Origin: a virus
Taxonomy: Duplodnaviria; Caudoviricetes
Reading direction: 5' to 3' (one strand)
Virus record (IMG/VR): IMGVR_UViG_3300033987_000092
Location: 1 to 58,177 of that record
Length of the DNA stretch: 58,177 nt
Position 1 is the stretch's first letter; each line of letters begins with the position of its first letter. The notes under the pieces were generated by a model, which searched no databases, was not told where the DNA came from, and worked only from the letters and a program-made list of their open reading frames with translations. The position numbers and the translations under genes were made by a program. This document shows positions 17,456 through 26,703 of this stretch, piece by piece.

Positions 17456-18461
17456 GAGCAAAATAGACTGGACTGACTACTCATGGAATCCCATAACCGG
17501 GTGCAAACACGATTGCCCATACTGCTATGCAAGGAAGCAGTCCGCAAGATTCTCAGGAGACATCAGGTTAAATAAGGCATCTAATGACTGCCAGTATGAT
17601 AATGAAAGAGGATTATATGTGTTAGATAAGCCATTTATTACCCGGGAGAACAGGGCATTGAATTATCCTTATGGATTTGAACCTACGCTGCACATGTACC
17701 GCATGGATTGGCCCGGGAAAGTGAAAAATGGCAGAAATATATTTGTTGGGTCGATGGCTGATGTTTTTGGAGATTGGATACCTGATGAATGGATCTCTAT
17801 GATATTTGAAGCCTGTAAGAAATACCCGCAGCACAATTATATGTTTCTTACAAAAAATCCAAAGCGTTATGAAGAACTGCTTAAAAGAGATATTCTCCCT
17901 ACAGCTGATAATTTTTGGTATGGCACAACTGTACCTACTCCGGATATGGAATTTTTCTGGAATGAAAAAGTGAATGTATTTATAAGCATTGAACCTATTC
18001 TTGCACCATGGTCCGATGAAGCAGCTGATGAATTAGTTGAAAAAGTGGATTGGGTAATTATCGGAGCTGAAACAGGAAATCGGCGGGATAAAGTTATTCC
18101 GGAGAGGGATTGGATTCTTAGACTTATTAAGAAGTGCAAAGAGAAAATTGTCCCGGTATTTTTGAAAGATAATCTGCTAGATATTATGGGCAAAGGTATC
18201 GATTTAAAAGCATTGCAGGAGTTTCCGGAGATCCTTAAACGGCAAGTAAGTGTGGAACAGCAAACAGAGAGTGCCTGGTATAAAAAGATGTACGGTCAAT
18301 GTGCTTTATGTAAAGAGGAAAAGCTGAAGAAGGAAATGATTGCATTGCTGGCCAGAGCTAAACGGGGAACCGGTGCAAAGCAATTAGCATATGTCTGCAG
18401 AGGTTGTTACGAAAAGCTTTGTGATAATTTGGGGGTTACTCCCCCTGAACTGGACGTTTAG
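17448..18461 (+). CDS. Phage Gp37/Gp68 (DUF5131) radical-SAM-like protein
   Basis: SKIDWTDYSWNPITGCKHDCPYCYA (CxxxCxxC), FVGSMADVF, FLTKNP, SIEPIL, WVIIGAETG. Confidence 0.88.
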   Translation: MNKSKIDWTDYSWNPITGCKHDCPYCYARKQSARFSGDIRLNKASNDCQYDNERGLYVLDKPFITRENRALNYPYGFEPTLHMYRMDWPGKVKNGRNIFVGSMADVFGDWIPDEWISMIFEACKKYPQHNYMFLTKNPKRYEELLKRDILPTADNFWYGTTVPTPDMEFFWNEKVNVFISIEPILAPWSDEAADELVEKVDWVIIGAETGNRRDKVIPERDWILRLIKKCKEKIVPVFLKDNLLDIMGKGIDLKALQEFPEILKRQVSVEQQTESAWYKKMYGQCALCKEEKLKKEMIALLARAKRGTGAKQLAYVCRGCYEKLCDNLGVTPPELDV

Positions 18462-18473
18462 GAGGGATCACAG

Positions 18474-18818
18474 ATGAAATCATTAGATGAAATAAAACAA
18501 GATAAAAGGATTATTATTCAGGAAATAGGAGCTGATGGTGGATGGGCAATTGGTTATCTCCGGGGCAGCAGAAAACCAGTTATGATTATCTTCAGTTGGG
18601 GTGGTGGCTGGGATCATGTATCAGTCAGTTATAAAAATCATTGCTGTTCATGGGAAGAAATGTGTGAGGTAAAAGATATATTTTTCAGGGAAGATGAATG
18701 TGTTGTCCAGTACCATCCGCCAAAATCTGAATATGTCAATGTGCATCCATTCTGTTTGCATTTATGGAAACCACAAGGGCAGATTATACCGATGCCACCT
18801 AAATCATTTGTTGGATAG
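18474..18818 (+). CDS. Conserved hypothetical phage protein
   Basis: WDHVSVS..WEEMCEVK..QYHP..YVNVHPFCLHLW motif. Confidence 0.75.
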   Translation: MKSLDEIKQDKRIIIQEIGADGGWAIGYLRGSRKPVMIIFSWGGGWDHVSVSYKNHCCSWEEMCEVKDIFFREDECVVQYHPPKSEYVNVHPFCLHLWKPQGQIIPMPPKSFVG

Positions 18819-18830
18819 GAGGGGTTATTT

Positions 18831-19145
18831 GTGAAAAAACGCAACTGCAGAAAGAATGAAGAGGAAAAAAGAATGCATGAAAGAGCGGTTAAAATACGCA
18901 AAATGACCGATTATCAGCTTTGTATGTACATAAATGCCCTAAAGGATGATGCCTACGAAGAGGGCTTTAGAGATGGAAAAAACCAGGCAGAACCTACTAC
19001 AGGGAATAAAGTTTCGGAGTTTATACAGCACCTTGATGTTATGAGCGGAACTGGGAACGGTATCGGAAAATCTACGGTGTATAAGCTCCGCAAATTTGCT
19101 GAAAAGGAGGGATACCTTGAGTCAAGGAAAGAAGTTGGAGCTTAA
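18831..19145 (+). CDS. Hypothetical phage protein
   Basis: GGAGG RBS, GTG start, co-oriented. Confidence 0.65.
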   Translation: MKKRNCRKNEEEKRMHERAVKIRKMTDYQLCMYINALKDDAYEEGFRDGKNQAEPTTGNKVSEFIQHLDVMSGTGNGIGKSTVYKLRKFAEKEGYLESRKEVGA

Positions 19146-19746
19146 AGGCCAAAAGTTTGGAAGATGGACTGTTGTTGAAGAAGTTTCGGATGAAAGAAAA
19201 GGTACCTATTGGAAATGCCAATGTGAGTGTGGTAATACATCTGTGGTATCAGGAAGCATGCTACGATTTGGCAAATCTCAAAGCTGTGGATGTTTAACTG
19301 ATGAAAACAAGATAAAAGCAAGAAAAACACATGGAGAAACAAAAAGCAGATTATATCGCATTTGGCGAGGAATGAGAGGTCGTTGCCAATATGAGAAAAA
19401 AGACAATTATCATAATTATGGCGGCAGAGGAATTAAGGTTTGTGATGAGTGGAATAGCAGCTTTGAAAAGTTTAGAGATTGGGCTTTAGCCAATGGGTAT
19501 AGAGATGAACTTACAATAGACAGAATTAATCCTGATGGAGATTATGAGCCTTCAAACTGCAGGTGGATAAGCCAAAAGGATCAACAGAATAATAAACGAA
19601 GCAATCAATTGTTTACAGTAAAAGGTGTTACCAGAACTATTAAAGAATGGTCTGAGATTACAGGAATAGGCTTGCATGCTCTTTATAAAAGAGTGAAGAA
19701 TGGATGTACTGAAGAAGAATTCCTGAGACCGTCCAAAAGGGGGTAG
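19117..19746 (+). CDS. HNH-type (homing) endonuclease-like protein
   Basis: GQKFGRWTV..CQCECG..SCGC..YGGRGIKVC..TIDRINPDGDYEPSNCRW. Confidence 0.8.
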   Translation: MSQGKKLELKGQKFGRWTVVEEVSDERKGTYWKCQCECGNTSVVSGSMLRFGKSQSCGCLTDENKIKARKTHGETKSRLYRIWRGMRGRCQYEKKDNYHNYGGRGIKVCDEWNSSFEKFRDWALANGYRDELTIDRINPDGDYEPSNCRWISQKDQQNNKRSNQLFTVKGVTRTIKEWSEITGIGLHALYKRVKNGCTEEEFLRPSKRG

Positions 19747-19751
19747 AAAAG

Positions 19752-20300
19752 TTGAGGGTAAATACTGCTACAAGCCAAAAAAAGCATAAAAGATATATGG
19801 GGAACCTCGGTCAAGCATTTGAGCAAGAGGTTATATATGCAAATGAGGCTTATAGACGTAGGGGCATAGCCTTAGTACAAAAAATAAGCACTCCATGGAA
19901 AGTAGTTAGGAGAGGCAACCAGATCGTATCAGCATTCCCAGAAGGAAAGAGTACATTAGACTTTCGGGGAACTGTTAAAAATGGGATATCAATATCATTT
20001 GATTGCAAGGAATCAGAAGACAAAAGAGGGCTGCCTCTTAAGTATATTGAGCCTCATCAAATAGACTATATACGGGAAGCTTTGGACATAGGAGAAATTT
20101 CATTTATTTTGTGCTATATGAAGATTTTTAACAAAAGGTATCTTATACCAGGCAATAAGGTGATAGATAGTTGGGATTATTGGCAGAAAAACAAGGGAAA
20201 GAGAAACTGCAATTACATTGCAGTAGAAGACATGATTGAGGTCAGTTCCAGAGATGGTATTATCCTGGACTACCTTTCAGGATTGGAGGCGTTAAAATGA
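19752..20300 (+). CDS. recU: RecU-family Holliday junction resolvase
   Basis: GQAFE..N..Y..IALVQKISTP..KSTLDF.G..FDCKE..HQ motifs. Confidence 0.85.
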   Translation: MRVNTATSQKKHKRYMGNLGQAFEQEVIYANEAYRRRGIALVQKISTPWKVVRRGNQIVSAFPEGKSTLDFRGTVKNGISISFDCKESEDKRGLPLKYIEPHQIDYIREALDIGEISFILCYMKIFNKRYLIPGNKVIDSWDYWQKNKGKRNCNYIAVEDMIEVSSRDGIILDYLSGLEALK

Positions 20301-20974
20301 GTAAGATTATCAAAGTATTTGACACTTACACTGGAGAGGTCATTCTTGATAGGGAAATTGATGGCGAATTTCAGCTTCAATTTACACAGAACAGCGACAG
20401 TGGCCGGATACATAGGGTTGGAATGATTGATAATGGCAAGTTTGGGGACAAGCACTGGATAAAGAACTACTACTTCAGACCGATAGCGCAGAAACTCATT
20501 GATAAATTTGATGAGATTAGCCATATTCATCCGCAGCGGATCCTGTTCCTTGAAAATACAGCCTGGTCACCTGGAAAGGGAACTTCAAAGAAAACATGGA
20601 TAGCGAGAATATGTAAGGCTAATCAATGGCTGGAGGAAACCTGGGGTTATCATTACGTTATGGAACTCAAAAGCTTCTTTATGGAGAAGATGAGCAAGGA
20701 ACAGGTTATTGCAACAGTATACCATGAGCTTAGACACATAGATGTTGATGGGGAAATCAAGCCACATGATATTGAAGATTGGGATAACATGGTGGCTACA
20801 CTCGGCAAAAATTGGGCTGAGACCAAATCTTCCATAATCAATCTGCTTGATGATGAGTTCCCAGGCTGGAATGAGCTTCGGAAAGCTGGGCAGCAGATTA
20901 ATATATTTGAAACTGCTGAGAATGTTATATCAATAAATAGAGCAAGTAAAGTTGTGAATGGAGAGGTGAGATAA
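20297..20974 (+). CDS. Putative phage metallopeptidase
   Basis: YHELRHI (HExxH) followed by HDIEDW. Confidence 0.75.
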   Translation: MSKIIKVFDTYTGEVILDREIDGEFQLQFTQNSDSGRIHRVGMIDNGKFGDKHWIKNYYFRPIAQKLIDKFDEISHIHPQRILFLENTAWSPGKGTSKKTWIARICKANQWLEETWGYHYVMELKSFFMEKMSKEQVIATVYHELRHIDVDGEIKPHDIEDWDNMVATLGKNWAETKSSIINLLDDEFPGWNELRKAGQQINIFETAENVISINRASKVVNGEVR

Positions 20975-22026
20975 TGATTATTGAAAAATCTGTCATAGCA
21001 CCCAAATTAGCAAAGTTGAAAATGGTGCTTCCGAGCAAATTACAGGAAAATGCCATCCAAGGAGTGTTGTTTAAAGAGAATAGCCTGTCAGCTACAAACC
21101 TTGAAATGGGAGTAAAAACTCCGTTGGATGTAAATACAGATGAAGTATTCATTATTCCGGCCAGAGCGATTGAACTAATTGATAGCCTGCCTGATGGCTC
21201 TATAGAGATTATTCCGGAGGATAATCATTCAATTACAATTAAAGCACAAAATATAAAGAACAAGTTTCAGAGTTTCGATCCGGAGGTTTTTCCGGAAGTA
21301 AATACTCTCATATCAGATGTTAATGTTTGCAGTATCAGCAGTGTTAACTTTGAAAGAGCAGTTAAATCTGTTATCTATGCAGTTGATGCTAACAATACAA
21401 GAACTATTATGACCGGTATATACTTCGATTCTTCAGGAGGCAATCTCAATATTATAGGTTGTGACGGATATAGAATAGCCTGGTATAAGATGCCCTATAA
21501 TAAAGACTTTACTTTTGTAATACCAAAGATGGCTATTCAAAAACTATTGAGCATTGGCCTTCAGGGAGACATAGAAATATCGTATGGTATTAAAAGTGCA
21601 ATATTCAAAACGGATGAATACACCGTATATACAAGGCTGCTGGATGGCTCATATATCGAATATAAAAGGATGTTCACCAAACAGGACAACTCAGCGATAA
21701 TAAATCGTATGGCCTTTATAGAAGGTTTAAGGCGCTGTATGATATGCATGGATGAAAAGAACAGAGGGGTTGTGAAGCTGCAGTTTGAAGATGAAACATT
21801 AAATATTACTTTAAACTCTGCTATATCTGAATATTCGGAACAGATAAAGCTTGAAGCTCCTGTAGATAAGCCTATTACCATTGGATTTAATGGAACTTAT
21901 ATCATAGAATGCCTGAAATCTTTTGACTGTGAGAATGTGGAGCTGTCTTTCGGGTCCTCCGTTAATCCAATGATTGTTGATGATGGTGAGCAGTCGGCAC
22001 TGGTTCTGCCGGTGAGGTTGAATTGA
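20974..22026 (+). CDS. dnaN: Phage-encoded DNA polymerase III beta sliding clamp
   Basis: ATNLEMG, 'TRTIMTGIYF', 'GCDGYRIA', 'TRLLDGSYIEYKRM', 'IGFNGTYI', C-terminal LVLPVR. Confidence 0.88.
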   Translation: MIIEKSVIAPKLAKLKMVLPSKLQENAIQGVLFKENSLSATNLEMGVKTPLDVNTDEVFIIPARAIELIDSLPDGSIEIIPEDNHSITIKAQNIKNKFQSFDPEVFPEVNTLISDVNVCSISSVNFERAVKSVIYAVDANNTRTIMTGIYFDSSGGNLNIIGCDGYRIAWYKMPYNKDFTFVIPKMAIQKLLSIGLQGDIEISYGIKSAIFKTDEYTVYTRLLDGSYIEYKRMFTKQDNSAIINRMAFIEGLRRCMICMDEKNRGVVKLQFEDETLNITLNSAISEYSEQIKLEAPVDKPITIGFNGTYIIECLKSFDCENVELSFGSSVNPMIVDDGEQSALVLPVRLN

Positions 22027-22211
22027 TGATGGCCAAAGATATACCGACACATTTCATTTGCAAAATATGCGGCAATGAATGGTATTATGCACCCAAAAAA
22101 CGAGAGCTTTATAAATGCAAATGTGGGCAAGTTTATGAATTAGTTAAAACAAGATATGGTTGGTGCCAAGTGATAGTGGGAGGGAAACGGAGTAAAAAGG
22201 AGGGTGTTTAA
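22026..22211 (+). CDS. Small Zn-ribbon protein
   Basis: CKIC..CKC. Confidence 0.55.
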   Translation: MMAKDIPTHFICKICGNEWYYAPKKRELYKCKCGQVYELVKTRYGWCQVIVGGKRSKKEGV

Positions 22212-22832
22212 ATGGAGAAACCGATATTATTTTCTACTCAAATGATACAGGCAATCATTGATGGGAGAAAGACTCAAACGAGAAGAATTATGAAGCCGCA
22301 ACCTGTTTTGAACAATGGTTTTTGGCAATGGCATGGAGCAGGATGGTGTGACAATATAAAAAGGGTTACGCCGATGCCCTGCCATTCAATGTATAACAAT
22401 GCACCTTATCAACCTGGAGATATTCTCTGGGTTAGGGAAACTGTTTGGCAAAGGTTATATCGTTATCCTGAATCTGAAGAAACGTTCTATTGGGGTTCTG
22501 AATTTAAGTATGCGGCTACAGATGAAGAACCAAAAGTAGGTAACTGGGTTAAACGGCCATCTATACATATGCCACATAAAGCCGCAAGAATATTCCTGAT
22601 GGTAAAAGCTATTAGGGCCGAGAAGTTACAGGATATCTCGGAAACGGATGCTATTGCTGAAGGCGTAAAGCATCAATGGGGGATTAATCATAATGGAGAA
22701 AAGACCCTTGAAAAAGTCTGCACAACAGTATTTAAAGAATTATGGGACAGCATAAATGCCAAGCGTGGCTATGCATGGGATGTTAACCCATGGGTATGGG
22801 TAATTGAGTTTGAGAGGGTGAATAATATATGA
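22212..22832 (+). CDS. ASCH-like phage protein
   Basis: PILFS..AIIDGRKTQTRR..GDILWVRET..PSIHMP..LQDISE.DAIAEG..NPWVWVIEF. Confidence 0.8.
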   Translation: MEKPILFSTQMIQAIIDGRKTQTRRIMKPQPVLNNGFWQWHGAGWCDNIKRVTPMPCHSMYNNAPYQPGDILWVRETVWQRLYRYPESEETFYWGSEFKYAATDEEPKVGNWVKRPSIHMPHKAARIFLMVKAIRAEKLQDISETDAIAEGVKHQWGINHNGEKTLEKVCTTVFKELWDSINAKRGYAWDVNPWVWVIEFERVNNI

Positions 22833-23014
22833 TAATTAGGATTTTTGATAAGAACATCAATAAGCTTCAGAGAAGCGCAGATAAAAACCCTATCGTTTGG
22901 AGATGTGTAATATTTATACTCGAAGCAATAGCTTTTGTAGGAAAAGTTTATCTTTCATTATTAACTATTAAGATAATAGCAATAGTTTTTAAGAATATAG
23001 TCTCAGTGAGATGA
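22829..23014 (+). CDS. Small hydrophobic hypothetical protein
   Basis: ATGA overlap with previous gene; hydrophobic C-terminal half. Confidence 0.45.
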   Translation: MIIRIFDKNINKLQRSADKNPIVWRCVIFILEAIAFVGKVYLSLLTIKIIAIVFKNIVSVR

Positions 23015-23022
23015 TATGACAT

Positions 23023-23436
23023 ATGAGAAAATTGAAATTTAAAGTGTGGGATAAAAAGAATAAAAAGTGGGTTGAGAATGATAAATCTTTACTATGTCAG
23101 TTAGTAATATGGAAAACAGCTACAACCTTTGAATTGTCATCTGGAGAGGATTTTGAAATAGTACAATTTACTGGTATAGAGGATAAAAAAGGTAATGATG
23201 TGTACGAGAGAGATATTATAAGGGTAAAGTATCGTAATCCAGATAGTGAAGATGGTCTTCCTATATGGTATGAAAATCATGAAGTAGGACCATTAGAAGT
23301 GCTAATATTTTTTGAAGATTTTATCAGAGAAGGGGAAGTAATAGGCAATGTATTCGAAACTCCAGAATTATTAAAAAAAGTAAGCGATCTTAAATGGAAC
23401 AGTAAAATATTTCACAAAAAAATGAGGAGGAAATGA
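23023..23436 (+). CDS. YopX-family protein
   Basis: RKLKFKVWDK..QFTGIEDKKGNDVYERDI..EVIGNVFETPELL. Confidence 0.88.
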   Translation: MRKLKFKVWDKKNKKWVENDKSLLCQLVIWKTATTFELSSGEDFEIVQFTGIEDKKGNDVYERDIIRVKYRNPDSEDGLPIWYENHEVGPLEVLIFFEDFIREGEVIGNVFETPELLKKVSDLKWNSKIFHKKMRRK

Positions 23437-23439
23437 GAC

Positions 23440-23571
23440 ATGAATCCTGTTACTGCAATAGTGATATTTTTAATTGTAATTTTAATAATTTTAGGATTTA
23501 TTATTTGGGCTTGGTTTTTTCCTGATTACCCAAAGACTGATAATAGTTGGAGGACAAGGACTGGAAGATAG
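23440..23571 (+). CDS. 43-aa single-pass membrane peptide, missing from ORF track
   Basis: GAGGAGG RBS; MNPVTAIVIFLIVILIILGFIIWAWFFPDYPKTDNSWRTRTGR. Confidence 0.55.
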   Translation: MNPVTAIVIFLIVILIILGFIIWAWFFPDYPKTDNSWRTRTGR

Positions 23572-23669
23572 ATAAAAAAGAGAGAGCTTTCGCTCCCCTA
23601 CAATACCCTAATACCATTATATAAGAAATGGTATTTATTATCAATACAATACAAGGAGGGGCGCAAGCT

Positions 23670-24227
23670 ATGGGAAAAAGCACATTGGCACAAGCTGAAA
23701 TCATTAAATTGGCAGCTGAAGCAGGAGCCAAGGCCGCACTTGAAGCCTTGGAAAAGGAGAAAAAGAAGGCCCATAAGTCCCGGCATGACCGAAGACTTAG
23801 AAACACGAAGCTATTACTGAGGAATTTCCGCATGTTTAAAGAGCATACCGAAAATGCAGTATTTGAAGTTTCTCAGTTGGATGAGAATGCGATAGATATA
23901 CTTGATATGATGTGGGAATACTCAAACGACAGTGAATTGTTCGTTGAAAGTATCAAAAAGAGTGTAGCCAGGACTAAAATTATCATGACCCATGTAATAG
24001 ACATGCTTGCATTGTATGAGGCCTATTGCATGAAATCTACTAAACCAGAGGACAGCAGGCGTTATCGGGTTATAAATAAACTCTACATATCGGAGCAGCC
24101 TATGACAGTAAGGGAAATTGCAACTATGGAGGGGATAGATGAACGGACAGTCTACAAGGATGTAGATGCAGCATGTGAGAGGTTATCGGCACTTATATTT
24201 GGCATTGACGGATTGAAGAAAGATTGA
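23670..24227 (+). CDS. Late-gene transcriptional regulator (ArpU/RinA-like, sigma region-4-type HTH)
   Basis: 'RRLRNTKLLLRN' N-terminus; C-terminal HTH 'TVREIATMEGIDERTVYKD'; last early gene before late promoter. Confidence 0.75.
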   Translation: MGKSTLAQAEIIKLAAEAGAKAALEALEKEKKKAHKSRHDRRLRNTKLLLRNFRMFKEHTENAVFEVSQLDENAIDILDMMWEYSNDSELFVESIKKSVARTKIIMTHVIDMLALYEAYCMKSTKPEDSRRYRVINKLYISEQPMTVREIATMEGIDERTVYKDVDAACERLSALIFGIDGLKKD

Positions 24228-24235
24228 AAACCGAA

Positions 24236-24280
24236 GGCAAAAAGAGGGCATTGACTGGGCAGTTTATCATATGCTACGAT
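24236..24280 (+). promoter_or_regulatory. Putative late promoter with phased GGCA boxes
   Basis: TTGACT(24251)-18 bp-TACGAT with extended -10 TG; GGCA at 24236, 24247, 24258 (11-bp period). Confidence 0.6.
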
Positions 24281-24314
24281 GTAGGTGTAAAATTCTATAA
24301 TCGCAAAACGCCTT

Positions 24315-24348
24315 AAACCGTCATTCAAGGAAGAGTGGCGGTTTTTTT
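24315..24348 (+). terminator. Intrinsic terminator/attenuator just after the late promoter
   Basis: AAACCGTCATTC-AAGGAA-GAGTGGCGGTTT hairpin (G-U pairs) followed by T7. Confidence 0.7.
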
Positions 24349-24363
24349 ATTGGAGATGATTCT

Positions 24364-24534
24364 ATGAAGGAGGGAAATTGCAAAAAGTGCGTTTGGAAAA
24401 CAACGCCCGGTGGAAACATTGTGGTCTGCTCCTTTCCTCAATGTTTTTACCGCTCCGAAAACAAAGCTAAATCGCCAATTAGCAGAGTTTCCGGGGATAA
24501 TCGGGGAGAAAACCCAAAGAAAAAGGAGGATTGA
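24364..24534 (+). CDS. 56-aa four-Cys protein, missing from ORF track
   Basis: GGAG RBS; MKEGNCKKCVWKTTPGGNIVVCSFPQCFYRSEN...; stop 4 nt before symporter ATG. Confidence 0.55.
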   Translation: MKEGNCKKCVWKTTPGGNIVVCSFPQCFYRSENKAKSPISRVSGDNRGENPKKKED

Positions 24535-24538
24535 AAAA

Positions 24539-25918
24539 ATGTATGGGATGATCGTACTACTTGCCTATTTTCTATTGATGATAGGCGCAACAGTAATTTT
24601 GACAAAAAGAGAGTGCAGCATTGAAGGGTTTTATGTCGGCAACAGGAACATGGGAACTGTAAGCTCCGCAATGAGTATAGCAGCAACATGGATATGGGCG
24701 CCGGCATTATTTGTGTCGGCAGAGAAAGCATATGTGAACGGGATACCGGGACTATTTTGGTTTTTAATACCTAATATAGCCTGCTTATTAATATTTATCC
24801 CGTTCGCAAAGAAAATCCGGAAGGTGATGCCAAGAGGAATTACCTTATCCGGATTTATGGAGGAGAGATACAACTCCACAAAAGTAAAGAAAGTCTATTT
24901 GTTTCAGCTTGCAAGCTTAACAATACTGTCTACAGGTGTACAGCTGCTTGCAGGTGGAAAAATCCTGAGCAATATTACAAACCTACCATTCAGTATAATT
25001 ACCATCATACTGGCTGTAATAGCTTATTCATACTCGCAGTTTTCCGGTATAAAGGCTTCAGTAATAACGGATGCGATTCAAATGGTTCTTATACTGGCAG
25101 CATGTCTGATATTTGTACCTTGGGCAATCAATATGGATGATGGAATAACTCATCTGATAAAAGGATTGTCCGGAGTATCGGGACAGTATACAGGATTATT
25201 CAACGCCAAAGGTATTGAGATATTCTTTGGTTTTGGCTTGCCTACTGCAATAGGTTTGATAGCTGGACCATTCGGGGACCAATGCTTTTGGCAAAGGGCT
25301 TTTTCGATTAAAGAAAGCAAAATCGGGAAGGCGTTTTTTATAGGCACATTATTATTTGCAGTTGTTCCACTTTCTATGGGAATACTCGGTTTTATTGCGG
25401 CCGGCTCAGGATTTATTGCAGCTGACAAAGGGGTAGTCAACTTCGAATTGATTACACATCTGTTCCCTGAATGGGTTATGCTGCCGTTCCTGTTCATGGT
25501 TATATCCGGGTTAATTTCTACTGTAGACAGCAACCTTTGCGCTGCAGCTTCCCTTACAACAGACTTTGTTAAAGATGAGAGCCTAAAAGTTTCAAAAGGT
25601 GCTATGATACTGCTACTTGCCTTTGGTATAGGTATAGCAAATATCCCAGGATTAAGCATTACTCATCTATTTCTGATTTACGGGACTGTAAGAGCATCTA
25701 CGCTTTTACCGACTGTAATGACACTGAAAAACATTAAACTTTCAGCAAAAGGAGTTTATACAGGAGTAATAACTGCATTGCTTCTGGGGCTTCCTGTGTT
25801 TGCCTACGGCACTATTTATAACCTGTCACTATATAAAACCATTGGGAGTTTAACAACGGTGCTGACAGCGGGAATAATTGCCATCTTGATGGCTAAACGG
25901 GAGGTGTACAAAGCATGA
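24539..25918 (+). CDS. Sodium:solute symporter (SSS) family transporter
   Basis: Many TM segments; 'GFYVGNR', 'SIAATWIWAPAL', 'TLSGFMEERY', 'GIKASVITDAIQ', 'DQCFWQRAFS', 'ISTVDSNL'; start moved to ATG 24539 after AGGAGG. Confidence 0.9.
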   Translation: MYGMIVLLAYFLLMIGATVILTKRECSIEGFYVGNRNMGTVSSAMSIAATWIWAPALFVSAEKAYVNGIPGLFWFLIPNIACLLIFIPFAKKIRKVMPRGITLSGFMEERYNSTKVKKVYLFQLASLTILSTGVQLLAGGKILSNITNLPFSIITIILAVIAYSYSQFSGIKASVITDAIQMVLILAACLIFVPWAINMDDGITHLIKGLSGVSGQYTGLFNAKGIEIFFGFGLPTAIGLIAGPFGDQCFWQRAFSIKESKIGKAFFIGTLLFAVVPLSMGILGFIAAGSGFIAADKGVVNFELITHLFPEWVMLPFLFMVISGLISTVDSNLCAAASLTTDFVKDESLKVSKGAMILLLAFGIGIANIPGLSITHLFLIYGTVRASTLLPTVMTLKNIKLSAKGVYTGVITALLLGLPVFAYGTIYNLSLYKTIGSLTTVLTAGIIAILMAKREVYKA

Positions 25919-26703
25919 AAACGGTTCTTAGCAAAAAACAAAGTATAAGTAATGAAGACTGGATCCAGGCCATGAGTCATATTGAAGAATATGTGACAAA
26001 GGAAGAGCTGGATCTTCTGACAGCCATTACCGTAGATGAAATAAAAAAAACCGTTGCCGGCAAAAAGGCAGCCTATGCATGGAGCGCAGGAAAGGATAGC
26101 TTAGTCCTCGGTCATATATGCGAAAAGGCAGGAATTAAGGATTGCATGCTTGGTATATGTAACCTTGAATATCCTGCTTTTTTAGATTGGATAGAAAAGA
26201 ACAAACCGGATAAGCTTGAAATTATCAACACAGGACAAGATCTGGACTGGTTAGCCAAGCATCAGGATATGTTATTCCCTCAGGACAGCTCAAAGGCCGC
26301 AAGGTGGTTTTCAATCGTGCAGCATGCAGCGCAAAGGAAGTATTACAAAGAGCATGGGCTTGATATACTCATCCTCGGAAGGCGCAGAGCTGACGGAAAT
26401 TATGTGGGCAGAGGCGGTAATATTTACATTGATGGGAAAGGGGTAACCAGGTACAGTCCTTTAGCAAACTGGAAGCATGAGTGCATACTTGCATATATCC
26501 ATTATCACAAATTGCCTGTTCCGCCTATATACAATTGGCCTAACGGTTATAAATGCGGCACTCATCCCTGGCCTGCAAGACAATGGACCAAAGATGTAAT
26601 GCATGGATGGGAAGAGATATACACAATCGATCCAAGTATTGTGGATAAAGCTGCTGAAAAAATTGAGAGTGCCAGAAGATTTAAGGAGGGGATGGGCAAA
26701 TGA
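25915..26703 (+). CDS. PP-loop / PAPS-reductase-fold adenine nucleotide alpha-hydrolase
   Basis: WSAGKDS PP-loop, GRRRADG, SPLANW..ILAYI..PIY. Confidence 0.85.
   Translation: MKTVLSKKQSISNEDWIQAMSHIEEYVTKEELDLLTAITVDEIKKTVAGKKAAYAWSAGKDSLVLGHICEKAGIKDCMLGICNLEYPAFLDWIEKNKPDKLEIINTGQDLDWLAKHQDMLFPQDSSKAARWFSIVQHAAQRKYYKEHGLDILILGRRRADGNYVGRGGNIYIDGKGVTRYSPLANWKHECILAYIHYHKLPVPPIYNWPNGYKCGTHPWPARQWTKDVMHGWEEIYTIDPSIVDKAAEKIESARRFKEGMGK

Noticed and set aside
19117-19746. HNH gene as part of a self-splicing intron
   Set aside because: It sits between intact ORFs with tight junctions and no interrupted host gene, so it is a free-standing endonuclease gene.
24480-24525. GGGGAGAAAACCC upstream of the symporter, resembling the 3' hairpin of a ykkC/guanidine riboswitch
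   Set aside because: The 5' conserved elements of that aptamer are not visible and the region is explained by the 56-aa ORF. An Rfam scan would settle it.
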